Positions 8,300 through 17,700 of a stretch of DNA of 64,000 nucleotides are shown in pieces (positions within the stretch are counted from its first letter, which is position 1; each line of letters begins with the position of its first letter). The notes under the pieces are model-generated. The model saw only the letters and a program-made list of their open reading frames with translations, was not told the origin of the DNA and ran no database searches. Both the position numbers and the translations under genes were made by a program. The stretch spans positions 906,235-970,234 of the forward strand of contig CAVZVA010000009.1 in the NCBI GenBank assembly GCA_963778655.1, in the 5' to 3' direction. This DNA comes from an uncultured delta proteobacterium (GTDB taxonomy: Bacteria > Myxococcota_A > Polyangia > Polyangiales > JAFGIB01).

Positions 8300-8351
8300 A
8301 TGATTGAAGCCAGTATCTCCTTCAACCCGTTCCTCCTGAGGCTTTGCTGCC

Positions 8352-9761
8352 ATGCGTGACCCCCGCGGTGTGATTCGGCCGTACGAAACGGAAGTCGAGT
8401 TTGCCTCGCGCCTTGCGGACATGGTGTGGATCAGCGTCGCGTTGTTCATCGTGTCGCTGGTCTTCGGTGAGCCGTGGCACAACGGTGAGAGCCTCGCTGC
8501 CGCTGCGGCTTCCATCCTCTTCTACCTGTTCGGCGAGGCTAGCGGGCTCTACCGCCCCCAGCGTGGGGAGCCCGTGCGCGAAGAGCTCATGCACCTGGCG
8601 ACCGCCTGGCTGGGGGTCGTCGCGATGCTCCTGCTCGTGGCGTTCTTGACCAAGACCTCGGCGCACTATTCCCGAAAGATGATGGCCGCGTGGGTGGTCG
8701 TTGCGCCGGGAGCACTTTGGGCTTGGCGCGTCGTCTTGCGCATCATGCTGCAGGAAGCGCGCGTGCGCGGCTACAACAGCCGGGCCGCGGCGATCGTCGG
8801 GGTGTCGGCGGTCGGCGAGCGGTTGGCGCGCCGCATTGCGCTGTCGCCTTGGATGGGCGTCAGGCTGGTCGGGTTCTTCGACGACCGCGGCATCGAACGG
8901 TTGGAGCCGAACAACGAGGTGCAGATCGAAGTGCAGGGCGGCTTCGACGCGCTGGTCGACAAGGCTCGCCGTCGCGAGGTCGACATGGTGTACATCGCGC
9001 TGCCACCTCGCGCCGAGCCGCGCATCAACGCCCTGGTGCGGCGTCTGGCAGATACCACCGCTTCGGTGTACTTGGCGTACGACTTCGGCGGCTATGATCT
9101 CCTCAGCGCGCGCTGGTCCAGCGTGGGCGAGGTGCCGGTCATGAGCGTGGTCGAGGACCCGTTTCACGGCGTCGATGGCCTCGTCAAGCGTCTCGAGGAC
9201 ATCGTGATGGCCGGCATCATCCTCGGCATCATCGCGGTTCCGATGGCGGTGATCGCACTGGCCGTCAAGCTGACCTCTCGCGGTCCAGTGTTCTTCCGCC
9301 AGCGCCGATATGGCCTCAACGGCGAGGAGATCCGCGTGCTCAAGTTCCGCACCATGACCGTGTGCGAGGACGGCAACGAGGTCGTGCAGGCGACGCGCAA
9401 CGACAAGCGGGTCACCCCGATCGGGGCGATCTTGCGGCGCACCTCGCTCGACGAGCTGCCGCAGTTCCTCCAGGTGCTCTCGGGCACCATGTCGATCGTC
9501 GGGCCCCGGCCGCACGCGGTCGCCCACAACGAGCAATACCGCTCGCTCATCCGCGGCTACATGCGGCGGCACAAGGTCAAGCCCGGCATCACTGGTTGGG
9601 CGCAGGTCAACGGCTGGCGGGGTGAGACCGATACCGTCGACAAGATGGAGAAGAGGGTCGAGTTCGACCTCGAGTACATCAATCGCTGGAACCTCGGCCT
9701 CGACCTCAAGATCATCCTCTTGACCGTTTGGACCGTGCTGCGCAACCGCAACGCGTACTGA
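8352..9761 (+). CDS. exopolysaccharide polyprenyl-phosphate glycosylphosphotransferase (WcaJ/EpsZ-type priming sugar transferase)
   Basis: The 469-aa protein has N-terminal TM helices, a central Rossmann-like region (AAIVGVSAVGERLARR) and the C-terminal bacterial sugar-transferase domain. Domain motifs: KRLEDIVMAGIILGI, VFFRQRRYGLNGEEIRVLKFRTM, SLDELPQFLQVLSGTMSIVGPRP and PGITGWAQVNG. Confidence 0.88.
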   Translation: MRDPRGVIRPYETEVEFASRLADMVWISVALFIVSLVFGEPWHNGESLAAAAASILFYLFGEASGLYRPQRGEPVREELMHLATAWLGVVAMLLLVAFLTKTSAHYSRKMMAAWVVVAPGALWAWRVVLRIMLQEARVRGYNSRAAAIVGVSAVGERLARRIALSPWMGVRLVGFFDDRGIERLEPNNEVQIEVQGGFDALVDKARRREVDMVYIALPPRAEPRINALVRRLADTTASVYLAYDFGGYDLLSARWSSVGEVPVMSVVEDPFHGVDGLVKRLEDIVMAGIILGIIAVPMAVIALAVKLTSRGPVFFRQRRYGLNGEEIRVLKFRTMTVCEDGNEVVQATRNDKRVTPIGAILRRTSLDELPQFLQVLSGTMSIVGPRPHAVAHNEQYRSLIRGYMRRHKVKPGITGWAQVNGWRGETDTVDKMEKRVEFDLEYINRWNLGLDLKIILLTVWTVLRNRNAY

Positions 9762-9916
9762 GCATGCGCGTACTGAGCATGCGGGCGGTGCCAGCCGCAA
9801 GCGCGCCCTCATGCGTTTTGGTTTGCCTCCAAATTTGGCGATGCGGCGGTTCGACAACGCAGCTCGCTGATCTACTGTAGACCGGCCGCGCTGCGGCGCC
9901 GGCCGCAGCGGGCCCC

Positions 9917-10987
9917 ATGTACCCATTCCCTCGGGCACGGATTTCGCTCAGCAAGAAGAGCGCGCTGGGATGCCGAGCCACGTCACCGGCGCCGTCGCAT
10001 TGGGCCCTTTCTGCCACGGCACTTGCGGCGATCGTCGCCGCGGGCTGTGCGTCGTTTCCGCCGCCGCCTATTCTGCACTCGGGCATGGGCACCGCCCCAG
10101 GCATCGCCAACGATCGGCCGCCGGATGGCTCCTTGCGCGCGGGGGACCAAGTCTTGATCGATGTCATCAGCGGGGGCCGGGTACGTCAACGCCGAGGCGT
10201 GGTGGATGCGCGGGGCCAGTTGCACGCAGCCTCCGAGCGCGATGTCGCCGTTGCGGGCTTGTCCCTGCCTCAGGCCGAAAGACGGATCGCCGAGGCCGTG
10301 CATACCTCTGACAAGTTTGCCGAAATCGAGTTGCACCTGTCGCCCCGCTCTCCCCGTCGCATGAGCGCATTCGGTGCGTTGACCAGGCCCGGGTACGTCA
10401 CGCTGACTCCGGGAATGCGCGTGGTCGATGCCATCGCGGCCGCGGGCGGGGTGCAGAGGGCGTCGGCGTCCATCCTCGGCGGAGGGCCGTTGCCGGTGCC
10501 GGTAGGCGATCTCGAGGAAGCCGTGTTGATCCGCAACGGCAAGGCCCTGCCCATCAACGTCGATCAGGCGTTGCGTGGGCAGCGTCGCCACAACGTGTAC
10601 CTGCACGCTGGCGACCAACTCTACGTTCCGCCTGCCACGGACAACGGGGTCAGCGTCTTGGGGCAGGTGGGCGCCCCCGGAATCTTTCCCCACCGCCACG
10701 GTCTGCGATTGACCGAAGCGCTCAGCGAAGCCGGCGGCATCACGATCGGCGGCGACAAGGACGACATCCGTCTGATCCGCGGACCGGTCGAGGCGCCCGC
10801 GGTGTACAGGGCGAGCCTGACGGCCATTGCCGAGGGCAAGCGTAGAGACGTGCGGCTACGATCGGGGGACGTGATCTTCGTCACCGACCACCCAATGGAA
10901 GACCTGGGCGAGGTGATGAGGCTCGTCATCCCATTCGTCGCGATCGGCGTGAGCGCGCTGGTCGTCGCCCTGATCGTGTCGCAGTGA
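9917..10987 (+). CDS. polysaccharide export protein (Wza/Poly_export + SLBB-like), lipoprotein, copy 1
   Basis: A lipobox-like AAIVAAGCAS is present. Poly_export/SLBB-type segments: GDQVLIDV, GQLHA...VAVAGLSLPQAERRI, VSVLGQVGAPGIFP and LRLTEALSEAGGIT. It ends in a hydrophobic helix (VIPFVAIGVSALVVALIV). Confidence 0.8.
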   Translation: MYPFPRARISLSKKSALGCRATSPAPSHWALSATALAAIVAAGCASFPPPPILHSGMGTAPGIANDRPPDGSLRAGDQVLIDVISGGRVRQRRGVVDARGQLHAASERDVAVAGLSLPQAERRIAEAVHTSDKFAEIELHLSPRSPRRMSAFGALTRPGYVTLTPGMRVVDAIAAAGGVQRASASILGGGPLPVPVGDLEEAVLIRNGKALPINVDQALRGQRRHNVYLHAGDQLYVPPATDNGVSVLGQVGAPGIFPHRHGLRLTEALSEAGGITIGGDKDDIRLIRGPVEAPAVYRASLTAIAEGKRRDVRLRSGDVIFVTDHPMEDLGEVMRLVIPFVAIGVSALVVALIVSQ

Positions 10988-11053
10988 GCGATTGACCGAG
11001 CGGTTGGGCCTGGCAAGATGCATGGCCGGAGCTCCCGCGGAGGAGATGCAAGC

Positions 11054-12076
11054 ATGTGGCGCCGGATCTGCAGCATCGTGTGCATCTACAGCGTGGTCGC
11101 CAGCTGTGGCGGACTGCCCCAGGCGCCCGCCTACCCGCGCAAGGGAGACGGTTTCTCGGGACCCAATCCTCTGGCCCGCCCCGGGCTTCCCCGGGATCGC
11201 GCTCCGGCGCTCACGCTCCAACCCGGCGACGTGCTGAGCATAGACGTCGCGTCCGAGCAGACCAAGACCTGGACGGGCATCGTGGTCGACGCTACCGGGC
11301 AAGTACATCTGCCGATGGCGGGCGACGTCGAAGTCGGCGGTCGGGGCTTGAGTGAGGCCGAGAGAAGGGTGCAAGAAGCCCTGCGCAAGTTCGACCGCTT
11401 CGTGCAAGTCACGATCGAGCTCACGGACGCCAAGGGGCAGCATGCCACCGTTCTCGGCGCGGTCACCACGCAGGGCTCGGTTCAGCTCATCCCAGGGGCG
11501 CGGGTGGCAGACGTGATTGCGAGCGCCGGGGGACCCCTGACAGCGCCCGCAACTCCGGGCTCCCCGCCGCTATCCATGGCAGACCTGGACGGAGCGGTGC
11601 TGATTCGAGGCGGCAAGCCGCTGCCGATCAGCATCGCCAAAGCGCTACGAGGCGACCCCGCGCACAACGTGTACGTCCACCCCGGAGACCACATCTACGT
11701 GCCGCCCGCGCTGGGCTCGAGCATCAGCGTGCTGGGGCAAGTCGGTACGCCGCGCGTGTTTCCGCACCATGCAGGGCTGCGGCTCACGCAGGCACTCGCG
11801 CTGGCGGGCGGCGTCACCGTGGGCGCCGACAAGAGCGATATCCGCGTGATTCGGGGCACGCTCGAGGCGCCGCGTGTCTACCGCGCCAGCTTGCGTGCCG
11901 TCGTCGACGGCGATTCGCACGACGTGCTGCTGCAGCCGGGCGACATCATCTTCGTGACCGACCACCCGATCGAGGACATTGGAGAGGTCGTCGGGCTGGT
12001 TGCGCCCGTGCTCTCGCTCGGTCTGAGCAGCGCGTTGCTGGCCGTTACGCTCAACCGCACCACCACGAGCCACTGA
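11054..12076 (+). CDS. polysaccharide export protein (Wza/Poly_export + SLBB-like), lipoprotein, copy 2 (tandem paralogue)
   Basis: ATG 11054 lies 9 nt after GGAGGAG. The signal/lipobox is MWRRICSIVCIYSVVASCGG. The protein is colinear with copy 1, for example ISVLGQVGTPRVFPHHAGLRLTQALALAGGVTVGADKSDIRVIRG...GDIIFVTDHPIEDIGEV. The ORF-track start at 11018 is possible but lacks an RBS. Confidence 0.8.
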   Translation: MWRRICSIVCIYSVVASCGGLPQAPAYPRKGDGFSGPNPLARPGLPRDRAPALTLQPGDVLSIDVASEQTKTWTGIVVDATGQVHLPMAGDVEVGGRGLSEAERRVQEALRKFDRFVQVTIELTDAKGQHATVLGAVTTQGSVQLIPGARVADVIASAGGPLTAPATPGSPPLSMADLDGAVLIRGGKPLPISIAKALRGDPAHNVYVHPGDHIYVPPALGSSISVLGQVGTPRVFPHHAGLRLTQALALAGGVTVGADKSDIRVIRGTLEAPRVYRASLRAVVDGDSHDVLLQPGDIIFVTDHPIEDIGEVVGLVAPVLSLGLSSALLAVTLNRTTTSH

Positions 12077-12091
12077 GGCGGTGCGGCGGCT

Positions 12092-14128
12092 TCAGGGCGG
12101 GGTTCCTTCCGCCGCCGGCGCCTGCCGTTTCAGCAGCCGCCGGTATTCGACCGCATGCGATCCGGCCGGATAACTCTCGAGGTAGCGATTCATGGCTCGT
12201 TCGGCCCTGGGCTGCTCGCCCATCGCGCGGTAGGTCGCGATCAGCAGCTCCAGCTCGCGGGCGCTGCTCGCTTTGTCCTTGAGCACGCGCACCACGCAGT
12301 CGTTGTCACCGCGTGACAGACAGTCGAGCGCCTGTTGCAGCCGAGCTTGAGGTGCGTCGGCAGCAGCTGGCGCCGGCCGCGCGGCGGGTGGCGCCTGGGG
12401 CGGGGCGGACGGTTGTATGGCCGGCGCGGGTGTGGGGCTCGGCTCTGGCGGCGCGGGGCTCGGGGCGCTGGCTCTCGGCGGTTGGCTCGGCTCCACCCCC
12501 GAGAGCGCCGTGGTTTGAGCGGCTCGCGCCGGTCCGTGGCTCGAGGTGTGCGGCACGCCGCTCGGCGGCGCGTGCGGCGCCTCGTGTGTCGAGGAGGAGC
12601 CCGCGGAGGAACCTCTGGGCGGTTCGTTGTTGGGCGGTGCCAGCGCCTGGGATGACCCGCTGCCCAGCGTCGGTGCGCTGGCAGCCGGCTGGCCGGCGTG
12701 AGCCGCGTGCGTGGGGGCTGCCGAGGCCGGCGCTGCCGCCGCCGGAGCAGGTAACGGTGCTGGAGGAGCCTTTGGCGCGGACGCTGCAGGGCTCGGGGCG
12801 GGCTCGGGATGACTGACGACCTCTTGCCCCGCGCCGACCGTGCCTCCGCCGAACACGCGGGCCAGCCCTGCCGCCGCGGCTAGCCCCGTACCGAGAATCA
12901 CCCACAGCATCCAGCGCGATCCCTCTGAGTGGCGATCGACATCCGGGAGCATGAACGGGGTTTCGTCGAGCGCGTGCTCATCGTCGCCTGAGGGCAGGGT
13001 CACGCGGGAAGCAGCCTCGCGCACGGTGGTGGCACTCGGCGCGCGCTCCCCAGGGTCGCTGCCGGGGGCCACGGGTCTTGCCGCCTGTGCCCGCAGATCA
13101 TCGGTGCGCCCCGGACCAGGAGGTCGATCGCTGGTCACACGCGACGGCCGATCGCTGTCGCCCGCGCCGGGGTGGCCGGTTCGCGCGGAGAGGCTTTCGG
13201 GTGGGGGCCGGCTGCTGTCTCCCGTCGGGCTGAGCGGGACGGACCGTTCCGGCGCCGCGGGGCCATTGCTCCCAAGCGAGGCGCCACGCCGGGTTCGATC
13301 CAGCCGCTCCCGCAGCGTGCCGGTCGCCGCGCCCGGCGACAACGATCGGGGCAGCAAGGGCGAGGGGCCGGCGTTCCTACGGGTCGCGGCCGCCGGCCGC
13401 GGCGGCAGGGGCGACCGCGGTGGGGGCCGTGGGGAAGGCCAAGGGCTGGGGTCGGCCGGGGCGCGCGAGGCGCGCGCCGGGGGCGAGGACGAAATAGGCT
13501 TGTTGGCGGCGACCTCTACAGTCGGGCTGGCGGGCAAGGGGGAGGGAGGCAGCGGCGAACGCGGGGCGGCTTTGGGCTGCGGAGGCGAGGACTCGGGTCG
13601 CGTGGCCGCGACCCCGCGCAGGGTCGGAGAGCGGCGCATCAGGGCGCTATCGATGATCTGGCGCGTCCCGGGGCTCGGCTCGCCCGGAGTGGCCAGGATT
13701 GCGAACGGCTGGGCGGCCGTGTCCGATGCCCGCACCCGCGGTGGTGGCCCGCTGCTGGTGCGGCGGTCCGAATCGGTCCGATTACGCTGGCGCTCGATCA
13801 GGGCGCGTTCGACGATGCGCTCCACGGCCTCGCGTCCGTCCGCCTCCAGGCGCACAAAGCGCACGCCCATGCCGGCAGGGCCACGGGGATCGCTCTTGTT
13901 TCGCTGCCAGACCACGCGGCCGGTTCCGCGGAAGTAATCGTCGGCCACGTCCGCCGCGCATTCGAAGCGGATCAGGGCGCCGCGCGGGGACGGGCGAGGG
14001 GTGAGGATGAACATCCCGCCCGGGGAAATGTCCCGGCACTCGCCTTCGCGTGGCTCGGTCATCGTCGGCTCGCGGTACCGAGCCACGAGCGATACCTGCA
14101 GGCGGCCTTCTTTTCGGGTGTCGTTCAC
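12092..14128 (-). CDS. PilZ-domain (c-di-GMP receptor-type) single-pass membrane protein with Pro/Ala-rich linkers and a TPR-like C-terminus
   Basis: GTG 14128 overlaps the rmlA stop (GTGA at 14128-14125). Both PilZ motifs are intact: RKEGR (RxxxR) and DISPGG (DxSxxG). About 330 aa of Pro/Ser/Ala-rich low complexity follows, then a TM helix ([21 protein letters not shown]), more Pro/Ala-rich sequence, and a helical C-terminus ([30 protein letters not shown]). The ORF-track start at 14227 would overlap rmlA by about 100 bp. Confidence 0.7.
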   Translation of the reverse strand: MNDTRKEGRLQVSLVARYREPTMTEPREGECRDISPGGMFILTPRPSPRGALIRFECAADVADDYFRGTGRVVWQRNKSDPRGPAGMGVRFVRLEADGREAVERIVERALIERQRNRTDSDRRTSSGPPPRVRASDTAAQPFAILATPGEPSPGTRQIIDSALMRRSPTLRGVAATRPESSPPQPKAAPRSPLPPSPLPASPTVEVAANKPISSSPPARASRAPADPSPWPSPRPPPRSPLPPRPAAATRRNAGPSPLLPRSLSPGAATGTLRERLDRTRRGASLGSNGPAAPERSVPLSPTGDSSRPPPESLSARTGHPGAGDSDRPSRVTSDRPPGPGRTDDLRAQAARPVAPGSDPGERAPSATTVREAASRVTLPSGDDEHALDETPFMLPDVDRHSEGSRWMLWVILGTGLAAAAGLARVFGGGTVGAGQEVVSHPEPAPSPAASAPKAPPAPLPAPAAAAPASAAPTHAAHAGQPAASAPTLGSGSSQALAPPNNEPPRGSSAGSSSTHEAPHAPPSGVPHTSSHGPARAAQTTALSGVEPSQPPRASAPSPAPPEPSPTPAPAIQPSAPPQAPPAARPAPAAADAPQARLQQALDCLSRGDNDCVVRVLKDKASSARELELLIATYRAMGEQPRAERAMNRYLESYPAGSHAVEYRRLLKRQAPAAEGTPP

Positions 14129-15009
14129 GCGTTGGGGAGGTCGTCGAGCAGGGACATCAGGTACTGCCCGTACGCGGTCTTGCTCAAGGCAGTGCCCAGT
14201 TGCTCCAGCTGGGCAGTCGTGATCCAACCATTGCGGAAGGCGATTTCTTCAGGGCAGGCGAGCTGCAGGCCCTGGCGCACCTCGATCGTATGAACGAATT
14301 GGGCCGCGTGCAGCAGGGCGTCCGGGGTGCCGGTGTCGAGCCAGGCAAAGCCGCGCCCGAGCCTCTCCAGGTGGAGCGCTCGGCGCTCGAGGTAGAGCCG
14401 GTTCAAGTCGGTGATCTCGAGCTCTCCGCGGGCGGAAGGTCGCAACGAAGCCGCCAAGTCGCTGGCTTGGCCGTCGTAGAAGTACAGGCCGGTGACAGCG
14501 TAGTGCGACTTCGGCTTGGCCGGCTTCTCCTCGAGGCTGATCACGCGGTCCTGCGCGTCGAGCTCGGCCACGCCGTAGGCCTCGGGGTCTTTGACCCAGT
14601 AGCCGAATACCGTGGCCCCGGTCTCGCGCTTGGCCGCGCGCTCCAGCACGCCGCTAAGCCCGCCCCCGTAGAAGATGTTGTCGCCCAAGACCAGGGCGCA
14701 CGGTCGGCCGCCCAGAAACTCGCGCCCGATCAGGAACGCTTGAGCCAGGCCGTCCGGGCTGGGTTGGACCGCGTACGAGAGGTCGAGCCCCCACTGGCTG
14801 CCGTCCTGGAGTAAGGCACGGAACGCGCTCTGTTCGTGGGGCGTGGTGATGACCAGGATGCGCCGGATCCCCGACAGCATCAGCGTGGTGAGCGGGTAGT
14901 AGATCATCGGCTTGTCGTAGACCGGCATGAGCTGCTTGCTCACGCCACGAGTCAGCGGGTGCAGCCTCGTGCCTGTGCCTCCCGCCAAGATGATCCCCTG
15001 TTCAATCAT
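14125..15009 (-). CDS. rmlA: glucose-1-phosphate thymidylyltransferase
   Basis: [40 protein letters not shown] is the canonical RmlA N-terminus. The protein is full length at 294 aa. Confidence 0.95.
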   Translation of the reverse strand: MIEQGIILAGGTGTRLHPLTRGVSKQLMPVYDKPMIYYPLTTLMLSGIRRILVITTPHEQSAFRALLQDGSQWGLDLSYAVQPSPDGLAQAFLIGREFLGGRPCALVLGDNIFYGGGLSGVLERAAKRETGATVFGYWVKDPEAYGVAELDAQDRVISLEEKPAKPKSHYAVTGLYFYDGQASDLAASLRPSARGELEITDLNRLYLERRALHLERLGRGFAWLDTGTPDALLHAAQFVHTIEVRQGLQLACPEEIAFRNGWITTAQLEQLGTALSKTAYGQYLMSLLDDLPNA

Positions 15010-15248
15010 TGAGTCTCTCCTGGTGTTCCCGCCGTTCGGCTAGCGGAACCTGCCGCTCGGCGCAAGGGGCCGCCATTCGAGGTGCGACCCGTGCTCGAGA
15101 GCCTAGCGGGCCACCCCGGGACCGGCCACAGGATACCGCAGCAATGTGCTGGCAACGGAATAACGCGCGCCAGGACGAGCTGGTCTGGGCACCCACTTGT
15201 GCGATACTCCTCCGATCCGCAAGGCCGACGGCAAGGGACCGCGCGCAC

Positions 15249-16313
15249 ATGAGCTCAGGCAACATCCTCGTTACCGGCGGAGCCGGCTTCATCGGCTCGA
15301 ACTTCCTCAACCTGTGGGTGCCGCGCCAGCCCGATCGGCTGTTCGTCAACGTCGACAAGCTCACCTATGCCGCCAACCTCGGCAACCTGCGCGCGATCGA
15401 TGCACGCGACAACTACCGCCTCGAGCGCATCGACATCGCGGACCGCGACCAGGTCGCGGACGTGTTCGAGCGGCACCAGCCCGAGCTGGTCGTGCACTTC
15501 GCCGCGGAGAGCCACGTGGACCGCAGCATCGAGGAGCCGGACGCGTTCATCCGCACCAACATCGATGGCACCTTCAACCTGCTCGAGGCATTCCGCCGCC
15601 TGCACGCGCGCCGGCCGAGCGCACTGTTCCACCACGTCAGCACCGACGAGGTGTACGGCTCGCTGGGCGATCAAGGGTATTTCACCGAGAGCACGCCCTA
15701 TGATCCCTCGAGCCCGTATTCGGCATCCAAGGCCTCGAGCGATCTGCTGGTGCGCGCGTATGCCCGCACCTACGGCTTGTCGGTCAAGATCACCAACTGC
15801 TCGAACAACTACGGCCCGTACCAATTTCCCGAGAAGCTGATCCCGTTGATGATCCTCAACGCGCTCGAGCGCAAGCCGCTGCCGGTCTACGGCGAGGGCA
15901 AGAACGTGCGCGATTGGCTCCACGTGGAGGACCACTGCGAGGCGATCTGGGCGGTGATCGAGCGCGGCCGCATCGGCGCGACCTACAACGTGGGCGGTCG
16001 CAGCGAGCGCCGCAACCTCGACGTGGTCCAGGAGATCTGCCGGCTGGTCGCGGAGGAGACCTCCGCGCCGAGCGCGGAGTTGCTCGGTCTGATCACCTAC
16101 GTGCGCGACCGGCCCGGCCACGACCTGCGCTACGCGATCGACGCCTCCAAGATCGAGCGCGAGTGCGGCTGGCGCCCGCGGCACACCTTCGCTACCGGCC
16201 TGCGCGGCACCGTGCGCTGGTACCTCGAGAACCGCGCATGGGTCGACGAGGTTCGCACCGGCGACTACCAGCGCTGGATCGACGCCAACTACGGGCGGCG
16301 CTCCCCGGCTTGA
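15249..16313 (+). CDS. rmlB: dTDP-glucose 4,6-dehydratase
   Basis: ATG 15249 gives [19 protein letters not shown]. Further motifs: [21 protein letters not shown] (YxxxK) and [17 protein letters not shown]. The ORF-track start at 15009 adds an implausible 80-aa leader across the divergent intergenic region. Confidence 0.95.
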   Translation: MSSGNILVTGGAGFIGSNFLNLWVPRQPDRLFVNVDKLTYAANLGNLRAIDARDNYRLERIDIADRDQVADVFERHQPELVVHFAAESHVDRSIEEPDAFIRTNIDGTFNLLEAFRRLHARRPSALFHHVSTDEVYGSLGDQGYFTESTPYDPSSPYSASKASSDLLVRAYARTYGLSVKITNCSNNYGPYQFPEKLIPLMILNALERKPLPVYGEGKNVRDWLHVEDHCEAIWAVIERGRIGATYNVGGRSERRNLDVVQEICRLVAEETSAPSAELLGLITYVRDRPGHDLRYAIDASKIERECGWRPRHTFATGLRGTVRWYLENRAWVDEVRTGDYQRWIDANYGRRSPA

Positions 16314-16367
16314 GCCTCGCTTGCGTCGCGCGTTCGGCGCTGCAAGCGGGAACGCGGGAGCCCCCGG

Positions 16368-17624
16368 TCAGGCAGGCTCCTGCACGCGCAGCAGCACCGC
16401 GCCACCGGCGGCCAGCAGCAGCGTGAGCGAGAGGATCGACAGCCGCGGATTTCCGGTGAGCAGGCTGGTCAGTCCCATCAGCGCCGGTCCGATGATGGCC
16501 GCGGACTTGCTCAGCATGTTGTAGAAACCGAAGAACTCACCGGCTTCGGCCTCGGGGATGAGCCGGCTGTAGAGCGCGCGGCTCAGCGATTGCACACCGC
16601 CCTGCACCAGCCCGATGACCACTGCCAGCGCGTAGAACTCTCGCTCGGTGCGCATGCCGTAGCCGTAGAGCGTGACGCCCACGTATACGACCAGCCCGAG
16701 CAGCACCGCGCGCTTGCTGCCGATCGCGGTGCCGAGCCGGCCGAAAGCGAGCGCCGCGGGGAAGCCGACGAATTGCGCGATCAGCAGCGCGATCGTCAAG
16801 CTGCTGGCCTTCAGCTTGAGCGAGAGCCCATAGTCCATGGCCATCGTGATCACGGTGTCGACCCCGTCGATGTACAGCCAGTACGCCAGCAGAAACATCC
16901 ACACCACGCGCATCGAGCGCACGCGCAGCAGCGTGGCCCGCAGCTGACGCAGCGCGCCGGCGATCGCCTGCAGCGGTGGCACGGGCGTGCCGTCGGCATC
17001 CGGCTCGGGCACGTAGCGCAGCAAGGGCAGCGTGAACGCCACCCACCAGAGCGCAACCGTAACGAACGACAGGCGCACTCCAGCCTCGACGCCGGAGAGC
17101 CCGAAGCGCGCAGGCTGCAGCGCCATCAGCGTGTTGAGCGCGAACAGCGAGCCCCCGCCGAGGTAGCCCAGCGCGTAGCCGAGCGCCGAGGCGCGATCGG
17201 TCTGTTCGGGCCGGGCGACCGCCAGCAGTAAGCTGTCGTAGAACACCAGGCTGGCGAAGAAGCCGATGCTGGCCGCCGCGTAGACCCACGCGGCGGTCTG
17301 CCAGTCGCCTTTGGAGACGAGGCACAGCGCGCCGGTCATGCTCGCCCCGAGCACGGCGAAGAAGGCGAGCATGCGCTTCTTGGCGCGGCCCTTGTCGGCG
17401 ATCGCGCCGAGCAAGGGCGCGCTCAACGCGACCACCAGGCTCGCGCTGGAGTTGGCCATGCCGAGATGGAACGTGCTGGTCGTGACGTCGGCGCCTGCGC
17501 TCCAGTACTTCTTGAAGAAGAGCGGAAAGAAGCCGGCCATCACCGTGGTGGTGAAGGCCGAGTTGCCCCAGTCGTAGAAAGCCCAAGCCCAGAGCGCGCG
17601 CGTTGCCGGAGGCTCTCGCGACAT
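16368..17624 (-). CDS. MFS transporter (UMF1/Atg22-like family)
   Basis: The 418-aa polytopic protein has about 12 hydrophobic segments. The N-terminus WAFYDWGNSAFTTTVMAGFFPLFFKKYW is typical of the UMF1 MFS family as I remember it. Confidence 0.75.
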   Translation of the reverse strand: MSREPPATRALWAWAFYDWGNSAFTTTVMAGFFPLFFKKYWSAGADVTTSTFHLGMANSSASLVVALSAPLLGAIADKGRAKKRMLAFFAVLGASMTGALCLVSKGDWQTAAWVYAAASIGFFASLVFYDSLLLAVARPEQTDRASALGYALGYLGGGSLFALNTLMALQPARFGLSGVEAGVRLSFVTVALWWVAFTLPLLRYVPEPDADGTPVPPLQAIAGALRQLRATLLRVRSMRVVWMFLLAYWLYIDGVDTVITMAMDYGLSLKLKASSLTIALLIAQFVGFPAALAFGRLGTAIGSKRAVLLGLVVYVGVTLYGYGMRTEREFYALAVVIGLVQGGVQSLSRALYSRLIPEAEAGEFFGFYNMLSKSAAIIGPALMGLTSLLTGNPRLSILSLTLLLAAGGAVLLRVQEPA

Positions 17625-17700
17625 GGCGCGATGTGATCACAGCTGCGCGCCCGCGGCAAGCACGAGGGCACCCGCACCCGGCGGACCTCGACACGGCGAG

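Noticed and set aside
15010-15248. Sigma-54 promoter in the rmlA/rmlB divergent spacer (CTGGGCACCCACTTGTGCG, about 15185-15203)
   Set aside because: The sequence resembles TGGCAC-N5-TTGC superficially. However, the GC of the -12 element is displaced by one base and the TTGC core reads TGTG, so it fails the GG-N10-GC rule.
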